Positions 6,235 to 6,634 of a stretch of 6,634 nt of DNA are shown piece by piece. The translations under genes were made by a program, and so were the position numbers. Origin of the DNA: PVC group bacterium (GTDB lineage: Bacteria; GCA-001730085; JADFSZ01); contig JADFSZ010000098.1 of assembly GCA_022560555.1 (NCBI GenBank), positions 1-6,634 on the forward strand, written 5' to 3'. Every line of letters begins with the position of its first letter. The stretch's first letter is position 1. Under the pieces are notes generated by a model. It saw nothing but the letters and a program-made list of their open reading frames with translations, did no database searches and was not told the DNA's origin.

Positions 6235-6634
6235 GTCAAATTTATTACAAAAATTTATCCGGGTGGGGTAGATACCCTCAGAAACACTGTGCCTGTTGGG
6301 ATATACATCCCGGCCATCAACAGAAATGGCAGGAAACCGATTTTGAAAAAATCTCCATTCGGGGAATGGGACGAAGCTATGGAGATGCAAGTTTAGGCGA
6401 TAAGAAAATGTTAGTTCTCTCTTCTCAATGGGAGGACAAAATTGTTTCCTTTGATGACAAAACAGGAATCATTAAAGCGTATGCGGGAATCTCTCTTGAG
6501 AAAATTCTTGAAAACAGTATTCCTCACGGATGGTTTTTACCCGTGAGTCCAGGAACACGATTTGTTTCGCTCGGAGGCGCTGTAGCCAGTAATGTGCATG
6601 GCAAGAATCAGCATTGCGTTGTATCGGTCGGTGA
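6231..6634 (+). CDS. FAD-dependent oxidoreductase of the DprE1 family (decaprenylphospho-beta-D-ribofuranose 2'-oxidase-like), 5' fragment running off the window end.
   Basis: This ORF is not in the supplied track because it has no stop in the window. ATG 6231-6233 overlaps the upstream TGA as ATGA. My translation is MSQIYYKNLSGWGRYPQKHCACWDIHPGHQQKWQETDFEKISIRGMGRSYGDASLGDKKMLVLSSQWEDKIVSFDDKTGIIKAYAGISLEKILENSIPHGWFLPVSPGTRFVSLGGAVASNVHGKNQHCVVSVG. As I recall the M. tuberculosis DprE1 sequence, it has LTGWGRTA, ARGLGRSYGDNA and [26 protein letters not shown]. All three blocks are present in the same order and with similar spacing. Confidence 0.85.
   Translation, partial: MSQIYYKNLSGWGRYPQKHCACWDIHPGHQQKWQETDFEKISIRGMGRSYGDASLGDKKMLVLSSQWEDKIVSFDDKTGIIKAYAGISLEKILENSIPHGWFLPVSPGTRFVSLGGAVASNVHGKNQHCVVSVG

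Noticed and set aside
1-6634. A scan for CRISPR repeats, tRNA/rRNA-like structures, IS or transposon terminal inverted repeats, integrase or recombinase genes, and toxin-antitoxin-sized gene pairs.
   Set aside because: I saw no regularly spaced repeats, cloverleaf-compatible segments, long terminal inverted repeats or recombinase motifs. Intergenic space is accounted for by two terminators and two promoter regions.

Overview
The window holds six protein-coding genes in four transcription units, with no RNA genes, CRISPR arrays or mobile elements that I can support. (1) 1-902 (+) is the 3' end of a secreted subtilisin-family (S8) serine protease. The catalytic-Ser motif GTSMASPHVAG spans 93-125, so the track's ATG at 102 is an internal Met. 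The protease domain is followed by an Ig-like domain, a PPPPPPP linker and an alpha-2-macroglobulin MG2-like domain. (2) 1004-1519 (-) encodes an orphan 171-aa protein with four predicted TM helices, sharing a hairpin terminator with gene 1. (3) 1761-4459 (+) is a two-gene operon. An ECF sigma factor (1761-2360) overlaps by ATGA a 700-aa membrane anti-sigma factor whose true start is 2357, not 2267. Its extracytoplasmic part is a complete YfbK-type module: vWA N-terminal domain, VWA with intact MIDAS, and DUF3520-like C-terminus. A very strong rho-independent terminator follows at 4489-4522. (4) From about 4705 (+), behind an extended -10 promoter (TGcTATAAT), lies a roughly 11-12-TM GT-C-fold glycosyltransferase of the DUF2723/PMT_2 type. 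It overlaps by ATGA an ORF absent from the supplied track (6231 to beyond 6634). That ORF has clear DprE1-family FAD-oxidase signatures (decaprenylphospho-ribose 2'-oxidase). The two most interesting units are the ECF sigma / anti-sigma-VWA sensor fusion and the GT-C + DprE1-like pair. The second implies a polyprenyl-phosphate-pentose (arabinofuranose-type) glycosylation pathway in what looks like a moderately AT-rich, non-actinobacterial genome. All homology statements rest on motif recognition by eye; no searches were run.
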